Shown in pieces: positions 11,299-26,000 of a DNA stretch of 46,717 nt. The position numbers and the translations under genes are program-made. Numbering within the stretch: position 1 is the first letter of the stretch; the number at the start of each line of letters is the position of its first letter. Under the pieces are notes generated by a model. The model was given only the letters and a program-made list of their open reading frames with translations, did no database searches and had not been told where the DNA came from. Origin of the DNA: Bigelowiella natans CCMP2755 (lineage: Eukaryota; Protista; Cercozoa); contig ADNK01001381.1 in the NCBI GenBank assembly GCA_000320545.1, positions 1-46,717 on the forward strand. The letters run 5' to 3'.

Positions 11299-11467
11299 GA
11301 GAGATGTGTTCCCCTATCACACCGCGTGGTGTACAGTGCAGGAGTAGAAGCCATGTTTCGTGATAGACTCCTTCGTGTTCCCCCCCTTAAATCTGACGAC
11401 TGCGCTTGATCCGCCTCTCTCTCTCTCGCTCTCTCTCTCTCTCTATGGGATAATCGAGCTGCGGGTA

Positions 11468-11541
<74 letters not shown>

Positions 11542-12259
11542 AAAATGTGTGGAGAAGGAATACTACCCGCAGCTCGATTATCCCATTCTTCGTAAAACTC
11601 TCCCAGAGGCTTGCCAACTAGCGAGCTGCGCCTGGACTCCTCAGTTATCTTAACATCCTTGTTCTCGCCTAACACGTTGCCCCCCCTGTAGTGAATGAGT
11701 GTGCGTGTGGTTCTTCGAATGTGACAGCCCTAGTGAGAGCCAATCTTTTGAATACAAGGCAAATCGTCGTTTCATCATGCATGTTAACAAGCTAGCTGAT
11801 CCTCTACTGTACTGCTGCATGTTTCGCTTCTAAAGGACGCCCCCCCCCCCCCCCCCCTCCCATCTTCTCTGGGACGTCATACCTGCCCCGCATTCTAAAT
11901 GATATAAGTACTAAATATGAAATATCGGCTTTCTCCTACAATCTTCGCCCCCGTACTACCGTATCCGCCGCAGAAGGCCTGATATACATGGCTGCTGCCC
12001 TGGGCGGTGTGTGCGGCCAGAATGGCGGGATGACCGCTTTGAGAGGAGGTGTGAAGCGCGAGATTCCGTAAGAAGGAGCGGGATAAGAGTGAGGGGGAGG
12101 ACCAATGTAGCCCTGACGGATAGGAGAACACCCCATGATTACCATCGTAGAAGAGATCATCGAAGCTGCTTTACACCCCGTCCCTATTCCCTCTCTCTCA
12201 CCGCCACATAGGCCTTTCTCAGATTCTCTTCGCTCACTAACATTAGATACTACAGGCAT
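11119..12259 (-). CDS. Small multi-exon hypothetical protein (5' exons unresolved)
   Basis: Plausible spliced 3' part: GGNVLGENKDVKITEESRRSSLVGKPLGEFYEEWDNRAA|VVRFKGGNTKESITKHGFYSCTVHHA|EPYIPIDQMASLQYIEKQHPNCTGR*, with microsatellite-filled GT-AG introns. No family recognised. Confidence 0.4.
11445..11586. repeat. Perfect 23-bp inverted repeat around a (CA)n(TA)n(TG)n tract
   Basis: ATGGGATAATCGAGCTGCGGGTA at 11445-11467 and its reverse complement at 11564-11586. Confidence 0.95.
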
Positions 12260-12704
12260 GATTCTTCGGGAAGGGGTCGGGGGAAGGAAGGTGAGGGTGG
12301 AATGATTCCGTACACGAGGGGCATCGACGGGTGAGGGGCTGAATTGTGAGCAGGGAGGGAGCACCCGAATCCTCGAGAATTTTATACAGAAATTACCATA
12401 GGATTTTGTGCTCGCGACAAGGAAGTCTTCCTCGGCTTCTTAACTTCTTACGGTATATCTACCTAACTCGAAGGTATTCCTGTCGTATCTTTCCCTGCGA
12501 CATGGAATTTATTTATGACGCAAGAGGTTTTCACAGGTTTTTTTCTGGGCGAATTCGCCTGCATTTTTGGTCCTGTTTTTTTGTAAAGAATTTTGAATAT
12601 TCAAACACACCCTCTGAGCATCGATACCTGCCCACGCGGAGACACCCGTCGGCTACGACCCAACAGAAGAATCAGGGGGTGGGACGGAGGCAGGCAATGA
12701 AGAA

Positions 12705-13554
12705 ATGATCACCAAAATCCTGCTAGTCGTGACATTACTCGACAGAGTCAGCAGAACGTCCGCAGACGAGGGTGTTCTTGATGCCATGCATCGATATGAA
12801 CAGACGAAGGTATTCCAAGTCAAATCGTCAACAATTCAGTGTCAATGCGATGGACAACGCTATGCTAATCTCCTTTATTGTTAAAAGGCCTTGCCAAAAG
12901 CACCGGAGTTCTTTCCAAATGCAGCAGAGGTCAATTGTAAGACGCTACGTCGTACCGTAAATGCTCGCAAAATGTCTATTGAAAAAATAAAATTTATTGT
13001 GAGGCTCTTTGATCTGAACTTCTCCATTTTTATTACATTATAATAGGGCACAGGAGAAGTCCCAATTATTCAGTCCGACCCTGATCCGAGGGCAGGATTT
13101 CCCTTTCCTGTGTACGCCACCCCTCACACTGAGCTTATGTCTACGACTAAGTGCAAAGATAACATTATCATGCTTTCTTTGCTAACTCATAATTTCGCCA
13201 CATATATTTGGATTGCATAGACTCTAGTTTCGGTGTTATATTGTTAGAAGTTGAGCTGAGAATACTTGTGGTTTTTCTCGATTCGGCACCTCCATTTTGT
13301 TATAGCCTGAAACATCAGTGACATCAATCACCTATTAGGTATAACCCGTACTACGCTCCGAGTGTGCCAGTGAACAAGCCTCCGAAGCCAGATCCGAAAA
13401 TCTTCGGCAAATTGAAGGTATTACTTCACTTTTTGGATATTATTTCTGTCTAAACAAAACGGTTCTTATGTATACAAATGCTTTCATTACTGGTATGCAG
13501 GTGGGAAATCGCTCCACTCCACATGGAGACTTCAGAGCCGCTGTCATTATATAA
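12705..13554 (+). CDS. Small putatively secreted Pro-rich hypothetical protein, multi-exon
   Basis: MITKILLVVTLLDRVSRTSADEG...EQTK|ALPKAPEFFPNAAE|...YAPSVPVNKPPKPDPKIFGKLK|VGNRSTPHGDFRAAVII*, with GT-AG boundaries. Middle exons are uncertain. Confidence 0.45.
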
Positions 13555-13795
13555 GCACTGCGACACTATGATGTACAAGTATAGTTGTTACACGCCTATA
13601 TAAGCATTGCTCAGCAGTATCTGAGTATGTCAATCATGTGGCGCGCTCGTTGTACTGCGGCTGTACCAGTTTCATTGAGCAATCTCCACAGCAGTCGGCC
13701 ACTTCCAAGCGACTGGCGGCCCTACCAACATGTCACTGGACGTTGTATTTTTCATGACTGCGCTTGCACGTTGCGGTGTTGAGTGTTTGTGTGTT

Positions 13796-13855
<60 letters not shown>

Positions 13856-14872
13856 GGGGGGGGGGGTAGAGTACTTGCGTATTCATGCTTGCATTAGTTA
13901 TTTGCAAATGGATGTGCCTATGTCGATCTGCGTGCGCGCACCAAAAACGAACATGGTAATATAGCGCACGCGCTGTGCGATGTCGATGGGTACGCTAAAC
14001 TTTATGGGAAATATTTAAGATGCACTATATTGTATACATGTATATAAATTTAGGCAAAAACGTATGATGCAACGCAAGCGAGCAACGACTCGGCAAACGG
14101 CCATGCACATTCATATGTGTCATAGCGAACATATGTGTGTTTGTAAGACATAAAAAATTAATATTACTAATGTATGTATGTGTGTGATAATATAGGTCTA
14201 TATACATGCATGCACAACATGTAGACGGGGTCATTTGCTAATTTGGTCGCAGTACATTCTCTCCTGCCAGGGGAGGATCAACCCTAATTTCCTATGATCT
14301 TCTCACTTCGTGTTATCGTCATTTCCCCCCAGTTTTACTTTTTTTTTTCTTTGGTAAAGTTTGCAGGATAAAATCTTGTAACCGTGATGCATGGACCGGT
14401 AGAAGTAACAAAATGGGCTATCTGACTATTTCCAGTTGCACCGCTTTTCTCCGTCGTTTCAGCTTCATTCACGCTTCCGAAGTGTACCGCAGTGCATACC
14501 AGTGACTCGTGCCGTGTACTTCCTCTTTTGAGATGAAATAACCGTAGTATAATTTGGCTCGGGCGAATCTTATCTTATCTGAAGCTTTTCGACACGAAGC
14601 ATCCCACTCCGTTCAGATTGTTCCGATCCGTTCATCATCGTGAGGTTCGGGCAATCCGGAAGAAAGGGCTATACTCGTACCTGATTTTGGCCAAAAATGT
14701 TCAGGTTTTCGACAGAAATCCATGCGGTTTTTCCATTGCGACGACTCATACATGGTCTGGAGTTAAGTTCCCTAACATGAAGTTGTCGCATTCGAAAAAT
14801 CGTGGTTATTTTATGACTGAAATCCAAAACACCGGTAATAACGGGGGAAAAGTTTGAAATTTTGAACGGGCG

Positions 14873-15687
14873 ATGGCAGCCCCCGGTGGCCTTGGCCTCT
14901 TGTTCGCCCTCATCCTGGCAAGATGTGGTCCTTGCGTGGCCCTTCCTCGAGATGTCAAAGGGGGGGATACGTTGGAGGTATTGGACGGGATCTTAACCCA
15001 TGGCGGTGAGGATACCAGCCGCAGCAGCAGCAGCAGCAGTAGCAGCAGTAGCGCGGCCGCAGAGATCGATTCTGGCACCAATGCAACCCGGAAGAGAATG
15101 CTGCTACCGACTGACACAAAGCCTCAGTTAGAGGGAGAGGATCCAAAGGCCAAGATCGAGTCCGATATTATAATTTCTACTAATGACCACAAGTGAAACT
15201 CATTTTCCCCTGTACCCTCCTCCTTCTCCTCCGCAACCCCTCTCATGTACCGACTCTTACACGTTTAGGAAAGAAAACAGCACAAGTATCTCATTTTCTG
15301 AAGGCCCAAAAATCTCTGCGATCAGCAATATAGGGTGGCAACCTTTGAGTCCTTGCTGTTTTCGCACACAAATTTCACATATCGCAATTTTTACGCGATT
15401 GGCAAACAAACGGGCAAACTTTTGTCCCCATGTTCATGAGAAACGTCCCTCTCAGGCAGATGTGCCTCGTGTATATACCTTCTGACGGGCGCCGATCTTA
15501 CGCCATCTCTCTTTCATGTTGTTATAATTAGGATGGGGTTTATCACGGGCTCTCAGACGAATGACTCCGCAACCTGCCCTCATCCTCTTTTTGGCCAAAA
15601 TCCTTCTCCCTCCATTGCTCAGCATCTCAAAGCCGTGCGTCGTTTAATGAAGGAGCATAATCTCGACGTGTACATCGTACAAACAGG

Positions 15688-15726
<39 letters not shown>

Positions 15727-17613
15727 GCACGCACGCACGCACAGTACACTGGCCAACGAAATTAACCCTCTCCCTCCGCCTGCTTTCCTTATCACTTACT
15801 CCGCACCACACCCCTAGCGGATGAGCACCAGTCCGAAGAGATCCGAGAATGCGACAGAAGAAGGGAATTCATCTCAAACTTCGACGGCTCCGCGGCGACG
15901 TGCGCGATCACGGAGAAGGAAGCGTTTTTGTTCACCGATGGCCGATACTGGACCCAGGCCGTTCAGCAGGTGATTCATAAACGCATTAGTAGTGCTCATG
16001 TACGATTATTATCAGTAGCAGTAGTAGTAGTACCAGTAGTAGCAGTAGTAGTAGTAGAAGTAGTAGCAGTAGCAGTAATAGATGGGAGCGAGTCCCTGCC
16101 AGGAATAAGTTCACTCTCATCTTATTCGTCGTATTTGAACCCCCCCCCTCCTCCTCCTCCACCTCAGATAAGCTCCGACTGGCAGATGCAAAAGTGCGAG
16201 ATGACAAACTGGCTTTATACATTTTCCCTCCCGAGATCCATCACCACCAGCAGCAGCACCAGCAGCAGCACCAGCAGTAGGAAAGGCCAAAGCAATGGCA
16301 GTGGCACGGTTGCCAGAAGCAGTTTAAAGAAAGAGGCAATTGATAGAAATGACAAAGCCAATGCCCAAGGCAGTAGTATTAGCTCCAAAGACACGCCAAA
16401 AATCACTAACAGTAAAGGGGGGGCAGCAGAAATGAAGATCGAACATGTAGATACCAGCTCCAAGGCTAGTATCACCCCGCTCCCCCTGAGCAGCAAGCAC
16501 CAACATAGTAGCAGTAGCTCCTCCAACAGCAGCAGTCCCACTAGTAAGGGAGAGGCGACGGAGCAGAAGACCAGCAGCAGAGGCAACAACGACAAGAACA
16601 ATAGCAGCAATAACACAAGCCAGAGTGATGGCCAACGCAACGGCACCGATAATAAAGATAGCAGCCCCGTCCCTGAGAATCACCACCACCACCACCACCA
16701 CCACCGCCGCCGCCATCACGGCCGTGACACCGCCGATAGCGAAATTGAAGAAGGCGATACCAGAGCTCTATCGTCCCCGCCGGCTCCCCTGCGTATCGGC
16801 TACGACGCCTCTACGACATCGATTGCGGAGTTCCTCAGCTGGAGCATGGTCCTGGGCAACGGCACGCAGCTCGTCGGCAGCACGTCCACGCACCAGGGCA
16901 ACCTGATCGATCGAGTGTGGAAGCTCAACGGCACGCGCCCCCCCTGCACGGAGTATGCCATCCGGCCGCACAACGTGTGTTTCGCGGGCGCCTCGGTCGT
17001 GTACAAGATCGAGGCCGTGCGGAGGAAGATGCGGGAGAACGGCGCCCAAAGCATCGTCGTGGCAAAGCTCGATGAGCTCGCATGGCTGTATGTAACAGCG
17101 CGAACGAAACACAACGCGCATACACTCATACAGACGCACAAACACGCGAGAGAGACGCGAGAGAGAGGCATGAATCATCATCATCATCGCCCTTCTCCCA
17201 TGGATCGCTTCCCTTCCAACTCAAACAACGAGAACAACACAACAACAACCATATCTCTCTCAGGTACAACCTGCGGGGCGGCGACATGCCCTACTCTCCA
17301 ACGTTCTGGGGATACGGCGTGGTAGGAAAGGACTTCGCTCGGCTCTACGTGAGGGTCCATCAGCTCGCCCCGGAGGCGCACGATATGCTATCGAAGGCAG
17401 GCGTCGAGGTGATGATTCTCTTCTCCACCGCTTGTCATATTGATGATAGGGGTGGTCGCTGGTTGCTGGGGTGCTGCTGCTGCCGCCGCTGCGGTCAAAA
17501 ACACGGTCTCTGTGATGGTGAAGCAGTAGCCGCGCATGCAAACTGGAGTCGCTCCCCCCATTTGGATAATGATGTGTATATATGTATATATATAGTTGTA
17601 AACATGTGTGTGC

Positions 17614-17659
<46 letters not shown>

Positions 17660-17865
17660 TCTTCCGCCCGATAACAAAAAACCACAAAAAACGACCGCAG
17701 ATTGTTGATTCCGACACCATTCCGCGGGAAAGGATTGCGTGGCTACGCGACCACGCAGCTCCTATATGGATGGATCCCGAAAGCTGTAACATGCACATCT
17801 ACAAGTAAATAGTAGGAGCAGTAGTAACTGTCGTAGTAGTCGAAGTAGCAGCAGTTGCAGTAGCT

Positions 17866-17897
<32 letters not shown>

Positions 17898-18610
17898 TGT
17901 CGTCGTCGTCGTCGTCGCTCCAGCAGCAAGATACTTTGGTGGCCAAAACGGCAGCAATCGGTCAAAAATCGTTGCGTGCTTTCAATGTGAACCCCCCCCC
18001 CCGTATAGTATAACCTCTAACGGCATCATCATGCTGCTGCCAGGATGCTGGACGCTCCCGAGAAGGCCCTCCTGCTCGGGTCGCCCATTTTGGAGCTACA
18101 GGAAGTCAAAAACGCGGCCGAAATCAACGGGACGAAGGCGGCGTATCTCTTAGATGCAACAGCGCTTGCGCGCTTCATGTCGAAAATGGAGGCCGACGTC
18201 GCCAGCGGTGCAGCCGTCACCGAGTACTCGGCGGCGACGATGCTGGATGGGTTAAGGGCGCAGCTGCCTAATTTCTATGAGATATCGTTCCCAACCATCT
18301 CCGCGGTGAGTGTGTGCATGCGAGTTGTTCTGTGCGTTTGCTCGTATGCTATGGCACCGATGATCATTCCTCTCGCCTCTTCTCCTTTCTTTTCTCTCTC
18401 CCCCTCCCCCCCCGCGGCCTATTCTTTATGTTCAAATGCCCGAGTTAAGTGAATAGCAGTTATCCCTCACCTTGATAACGTTTTAAAGGCCGATTCCAAC
18501 GCTGCGATGGTCCACTACGTGGCGAAAAAGGTGGGGAAGGGAAAGGGGCGCAACCATTAAGATTCTTCCTGAGTTTGACCCAGATTGCTAATTTAAATCT
18601 GCTGGAGCAT

Positions 18611-18675
<65 letters not shown>

Positions 18676-19195
18676 TGTGTGTGTGTACACCGTCATGGTA
18701 ATATTCTGAATCTATTGCCCCCACGATGTTTCTGTCAGAACTCGAGCCGTCGCATCACTCCAGAGTCCCTCTACCTGGTAGATTCTGGGGGTCAGTACTC
18801 ATGTGGGGGTACGTCGGACATTACCCGAACGATGCATTTTGGAAGTCCTTCTCAAGAGCTCAAGGTTGGGCGCCTGGCTGCCAAGTTGCACTAGGGAGAG
18901 AGGGAGGGGGAGGGCGGGGGGATGCATAGCTGCCGAGAAGATATCGAATTGAGAGTGATATGACGATGCTGATGAAAATCTTGCTGCAAACTGGAAGAGG
19001 GTTTGCTGTATCTTAAAAGGACTTTTAGATCTGGTTCTTTGTATGCGTGACTAATACATCTATATGCATCTGAAACATCGTAGAACAACTTCACGTTAGT
19101 GCTGAAAGCACACATCAAAGTGGCAAAGGCAAAACTTCGCCCCGACGCCACCCTTGCCGATTTGGATACTGTACGTTACGCTACTCTATCTATGC

Positions 19196-19232
<37 letters not shown>

Positions 19233-19582
19233 TTTATTCATACGTACATGTTTAGAGTGCTCTGCGTGTGCATAATAGAGCACACTGAGAGTAACTCCCT
19301 GGCCAAAGCTTCCACTACTACACCCACTACAAAAGGCACACTCACTGAAGGAATCCGAACGTGAGGCTGCTCTTCCGTTGTTATAACAACTCTCACATAA
19401 TGATGACAGATTGCTCGAGTGTTTCTCCTCGAGCACGACATCACGTTCGACCATGGGCTGTCGCACGGAATTGGCAGCTTTCTCAATGTGCATGAGGGCA
19501 ATGGCACTTCGGCGATGCGCCCAGGGATGGTCCTAAGCAACGAGCCAGGGTACTAGCCAGCACCCCAAAAGAACTGCATACG

Positions 19583-19622
<40 letters not shown>

Positions 19623-20037
19623 ATGTTTGTGCGCGCGCGTGTGCGTGTATGTTCCATGCATAAACAGCAAAACTTCACTGCAACGCAGGTACTACGTGGA
19701 GGGTAAGTACGGCATCCGCATCGAAAACACCGTGCTGGTGGTGCCGGACGAGCAGAAGTGCGCAGGCTGCATGAAGCTCGAGACCATATCGCTGGCCCCG
19801 ATCCAGCGCAAACTGATCGAGAAGTCCCTTTTGGACGAAGCAGACATCGCCTGGATCAACAACTACCATGAAAGGATCCGCACTTCAGTAGCCCCCTATT
19901 TCACGAAGAGCAGCAACCACAGCGCGCACAGGAGGAACACAGATAGCGGGGAGGGCACCACCAGCAGAAGTGAGCAAGATGAAAAGAGCACAAGGTCAGC
20001 CTATGACTGGCTTGTCCGAAACACCCAACCCTTATGA
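14873..20037 (+). CDS. Xaa-Pro aminopeptidase (aminopeptidase P, M24B) with signal peptide, multi-exon
   Basis: DEHQSE...[14 protein letters not shown]...[17 protein letters not shown]|[55 protein letters not shown]|[11 protein letters not shown]. The metal-ligand motifs are present, and the N-terminus is hydrophobic. Confidence 0.95.
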
Positions 20038-20871
20038 GGCAAGAAAGGTGAGGAGGCTCCTCCAATCCCTTGTTTGTGCAAGCGTTTGTCCCAAAAGGGG
20101 CATCGTCGCAGTGTGTTCGCTGTGCAGTGCAGATCGAAGAGCACAAATCGATGCTCCAGTGCATGCATGCAAATGCAAGTTCACCCTTTGCATAATGTGC
20201 TAGTGTGTCTAATCTAGTAGTGGTGATGAGCAATTGTGGGAACTGTCGCTTGTGACGTGAAGATTGGAAAGCATTCAACTAGCTGGCATGCACAATCCAC
20301 GCTAATGTGACGTGAGCAACATCGCCACAATGGACACCATCTGGAAGCAATGTGTGTAGCAGCAATAGCGCGTTCACATGGGCTAGAACACACATCTTTC
20401 GAATGCACAACGTCAGCGTTGCATGAACGTGATGCGAGGAGAAAGAGAGAGAGGGGGAGCAGAGAGAAAGGGAGAGAGAGAGAGAGAGAACAACGCGCAC
20501 GCAGACCACGCTAGCATGCATGGCAGGCCTTCACCTCTCCTTGAATCTCTGATCATTGCTAGACTGCAGGGTGGACAGTACCGCGTTGCGAAAATGATGT
20601 GAACCACGTGCCTCGATGATCTAGCACGCTCGGTCGTGATGTGCATCGAGAGGAAATCATGATCAAAGTTTTGGAAAATGCAGAATTCTTTGGTCACGCT
20701 ACGCTAGCATATGTACCATTTGTCTAGCTTTGGTGATGCGCCTGCACACGTTGCTCCAGCGCACAACATGTTTGAGACAATCGAAGAAGCAATGTGCCCA
20801 TTCTGGTGAATGACGTGATTCATCAAATTGAACATTTCAGGGAGCATGCTCACATCCGAAGACCAATCATT

Positions 20872-22982
20872 CTAAAGAGCTTTCTCTTCAACCAATTTGT
20901 TGAATACATTGATTAGAAAGCATTTGTCCTTGATTAATTTGCAAATCTCATCAGAATTGTCCATATCGGAGCTCATTTCATGGATTTTCCGCACGAGAAG
21001 GATTGCAGTCCGGGGATTCATATTGACTCTCGTGATTGCAGCTGAAATGTTACACAGTGTATCATCGCAGAACGAGATCAACAAGAATTTAATCTAACGA
21101 AAAGATGCATATGTACCCTCCAGTTTTGTAAAATGGTAAGGCTTGACATTTTCCCTGATCAAAGTCTTATATTTTGAATCTTCAAAGTCATAAACTCGTT
21201 CCTTGAAAAAATTCTTAAACTTGATCTTGGGCAAACCTTCCAACTTCAGGTCTTTTTTCTGTTGAAGAATGAATTAGATTACTAAACCAAACTCGATGAC
21301 GAATCATATGCATGTACACAGAGAAAACACCAAAACCGCACATTGGAGTCGCAGCCCTTCACTTCGATCGGAGTCAAAGATGTTGTGAGAATGTGCAGCC
21401 TTGGGTTTAGGATCATGAGATTCTTGAAGAGTTTTTCACGATCCTCGGCTTTAACGCCTTCTACGTCGTCGATTATCTGGGTACATGAATATGGTTGCAT
21501 AAGAATGTTCAAAGTTGGGAATTAACAGCATTAGCACCAAGAGTATCGGAGGATTATCTTTCTTCCTAAAGAATCCCTTGATCAATCCATAAGGATCACA
21601 ATTTTCAGCTTTTTTCGTGGGAAATGATTCATCCTCGATGAGATTCTCCATGAAATTTTGCATCACTCCGTCTCCACTCTTTGCCCCAGTAACCTAAGCC
21701 ATGCAGAAAACACTTTCAGCAGAAGTCAAATTTTGTGCGTGAGTGCATGATGCCTCTACCCAAAAGATGCCATCAGGTCCTTCTGTGTCGTAGAGACTTA
21801 GACGCCAGGAAATGAACTTAGCCACTGAAGTCTTTCCTATATTCTTAGGTCCTGTGATTTGCACCCAGCGATGACGGATTGAGTTTTTATCATCAAATTG
21901 CAGAGCCGAGTGTAGATTCCGTTGAAGTTGCAGATAGTGATCAGTTCCCCACTTAAGCTGCTCGCAGAAAGGATCGGGATAGAATTTAATTGGGGGAGCA
22001 GGATGCCATGTTTTGATTTTTGCGAAGGGGGGGAAATAAGGTTTAAATGAGAATGCGATGTCATGATTCCCATCTTTAGGCAGCAAAAGACACTCTTTGA
22101 CCTCCTCATAAAGCTGTTCTGCCCTTTTAGTCAACTTTTTTGTCCGACTTTTGTATTCATGATACACATTACGTATTCTAGGGTCTGCTATGTATTTCTC
22201 AAGATTATCAGCCTTTTTTATCAAAACGCCAGCCTCTTTTTTGAGGTCACTGGCCATGTCTTTTAGCTTTTCCTTTGCAGATTTGAATGAGGTAGAAACT
22301 GTAGCACCGCACAGCAATCTCTCGAAAAAAACCGTCTGAAATATCTGCACAGCTTCATTACCCAGTAATTTATTCTTATTACAAACTATTATGTGATCGA
22401 CTACTTTCGAATCAACAAATCCTTTAGCTACAGCTTCGCTCCCGCATGCCGCCAGCATTAATACTTTTAAAGAGCACATCTTTGGAGTTCTTTTCGTCTC
22501 CATAATCAATCGGGAAAACTCATCAGGGCTCACGTATACTGCCTTTCCCCCAGGATTGTCGGATTCGAACTCGAGGTAAGTTGTCTTTCCTTCAGGGTGG
22601 TCGGGTTCCAACTTGAGGCCATGTTGTTCTCTGCAATGAGAACCCACTAGTAATGCGAAGCATTTCGATCGCAGAGCTCTAGAGACATTCTCTTTAGTAG
22701 CTCTCCACTTGGATATGTGAAGCTTGCTGCGTTTGACAACGGTACCATCTTCGTGTTTCGTACAATTCACTTTGCTCATATCTTGCAACATTGTGAGATC
22801 TTTCTCTAAATCCAGCATGGACTTCGGTTTGTCTAATGGCAAAGCAAATGCAAATGCCAAGTGCGCAGGTACTTCCTGAAAAAGATTACAATGCTAAACC
22901 GCATAGATAAAGGTGAACATTAAAGATGGAGACAGATAGTCAACATTCTCTTTACTCCCCCCCCCCCCCCTCCCCCTCTCTC

Positions 22983-23068
<86 letters not shown>

Positions 23069-26000
23069 GCGTGTGCGTGTGCTTGTGTTCTATCTTGCCA
23101 AAAACTAAATATGCTTTCGTGGAACCGAATGGTACCTTAGTGTTTATGAGCGGTTTCACCCAAGCTTCCAATTTCGCATCAAAATCAGTGGCGTTTTTAG
23201 CGTTACGAAGCTGCGATCCTCGTTCCACCCACATTAAATCAATAAACCTGGGTATTAGGATATTAACCCAGCAAAGATTATGTTAGAGACGAAATACAAT
23301 ATCGATCTACTTACACAGATATGCAACGTATAACAAGACATGAATCAAAACTTGACGGTACTCTTCGAAAGTGATTCTTCCACTTGTAATAGCAACAGGA
23401 GATAGGCTCTTCATCAGGCTTGTGCACTCAACGCTTTCCGAAGGATACAATAACTGTAAAATGTAGAATCTTTATTATACTCCTGCTTTCTTCCCCTCTC
23501 CCCCTCCTCTCTCTCGTTGTGTGTAGTATGCATGCATGCATGCATGTGTTTGTGTATGTGTGTGTGTGAATGTAAATGTTTGAACCTCTTCATTCTATCA
23601 ACGTTACTTATACATTCGTATACATCCTCTTTCGTGCTCATAACATGCATCATATATCCAGGTACCTTAAATATTTGCGTTACGATCGTCAATTTGATGA
23701 ACTTCTTGCTGTTATCGTTGCCAAAGTCTTGCGATGAGGATTCACACCGTTGGGTAAATGTGTAACTGCAAGGAATTTATCATGATAACGGAGAATGGAA
23801 AATGTTCTATTCAACATGAAGTCGCTGTAATCTTTCTTTTTTCAATTTCCCATATGTTTAGATTGTCAATCTAATTAACTTCACATTCTACGTATCAAGT
23901 TACCGAAGTGTTGCGTTTTCGAAGAAAATGTCGTAGAACTGCTCCCAATACCGTAAATGCGTTATTTCCACCATTTTGGGGGCTGTATCGGAGGTTTTCT
24001 CAGAGACAACCTTGGTTTCCTTGTTTTTGCAGGCTTTTTCCCACTTGTCATACTTCACGGGATACCTCATCGAACTGCAAATACATGGATAAGATCCTCT
24101 GGTTAAGTCAACAACTCATAGTAGGAAACTGATCTAGCTGCAACATAAATACTACTACAGATTCTGAAATCTTTTGACACAGTCATGCACACACGTACCA
24201 ATCGAAAAGAAGTACGCTGAAATCCAGGGCGTCATTGTTTTTGTACGGCCACTTGTGTACACTTCTGGCGATCTCCAGAATGAATTTCAATATCCTATTG
24301 GACACAATTTGCTGTGGATCTACTATCTTGCGCGTTTTGCTCAATATTCACAAGAGGCACTAATGTAATACCAGTACGTACCTCGCACAGTGTCCAATTT
24401 CAGACAGAACTTCGACATTTATTGCCATTACATGCCTTTTCCTCCCACTAAGAACATATATCTTACATTATATTTTTGTGAGGTTGCGATTGTGGAAGTG
24501 TTAGGCTATTTCAAGACCTTTTGTTTCTTTCTAGCATTGAGGTACTAATCCGGAAACGCAAGGGTTCAAGATATATTTCCGCTTTTCCTTTGCCAAAAAT
24601 CTGATGTAAACAAAGGAGAGAGATAAGTTCAGAGTGACCACAAAATCCTTGCATATGTAAAACATGTCGAGAGTAGAAACTGCCGAATTCTACCTGTTCC
24701 TCTAAGATCATTGGGCTTGTAGCTCCTGAACATAAAAAACAATCGTACAAAAAAATGGGAATATGAGAAGCTTGTGATTACTACTTTTCACTCTCCTCCA
24801 CACACTTTTGATTACCTCCCCGAAGTTCTTTTGTGCGTTTGCTTTCAGACGAGAGCTCCGTGACTGAGTCGTGCACATACCGCATAAACAAATATACAGA
24901 TGGGGAGAGGAATTGTATACATTACTGGACATCGAAGATGTAGAAATTTAATATGTGACTCGAAAATTATGAAGAACACTCTTCTCTGCTAGAGATTGAT
25001 TTTAAACTATGGTAATTGGCATAATAATTCACCAATACCTATGTTCCCGGAAAATGTCTCAAAATAAGACCGCGGCCGAAGGCGTTTGAAGAGTAAGGAA
25101 AACATTCCAACAACTGTGTGCTCCTTTCGATCCATGCTTTCTCCCTTGGCTTGCATCATCGAAGGCACCAAATACTTTTCCGTTCCACCGATCTTGCATA
25201 ATATCATGAACCTATTTGGAGATGCAAAGGAGACGAAGATAGCCGAACAATTAAGGGAGAACCATATTCTTCGCGATTGATGAAAACTACACCGGTATTT
25301 TCGTTTTTCTTCACCAAGAACAGAGGAATAACAGTGTCAATCCATATTGTTTACCAAGCGTCGTACATGACATAAGCATTGGTGATTCCCAATCCAAGTT
25401 CTTTTTTCACGTTTACATTTGGAAAATAAATCAATGCACTACTTCTGTAATATCTTCCGGCTGAACTCATATAGCCTCTTATTTTCGGCTACTTTTGGAC
25501 CATCATCAGTGAGCATTAGGTGTTTTAACACCACATCGTGTATGACTCCAATATCGAGAAATCTACATTATAGGAATATCACACATCTCAATTCAAGTTT
25601 GACTAACAATTTTAATTAGCACTTCAGAATATGTATCTTCCCCAATGTTTGGGCTCTAAATCCATGAAATGTGCTGAACATGATATTGCTTCACTTACTC
25701 ATCCACAAGCTTTCCGTGCTGAGCAAACCTAAATATGTTGGAAGAGACTGTCTGATGAAATCTCATTGGACACAGAGCAATAAAACGAATAAATATGAAT
25801 TTTATAATGTATGTATTACAGCTCTTGATTCTTGTATAATTTCTTGTGCAAGCGCCGATCAAATATCAGCTTCTTCACCAGATCAACGAGGTGTTGCGGT
25901 CGCATTACGATGTGCTGTCGATTAGCATATTCATCATGCGATTTTTACGTAAGTTTCAGAGAAGATTCGATAGGACTGATACTCACGTCTCGCAGGCCAT

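Noticed and set aside
10631-11675. ORFs with [18 protein letters not shown] or HTHTHT runs here and throughout the window
   Set aside because: Translations of intronic or intergenic microsatellites.
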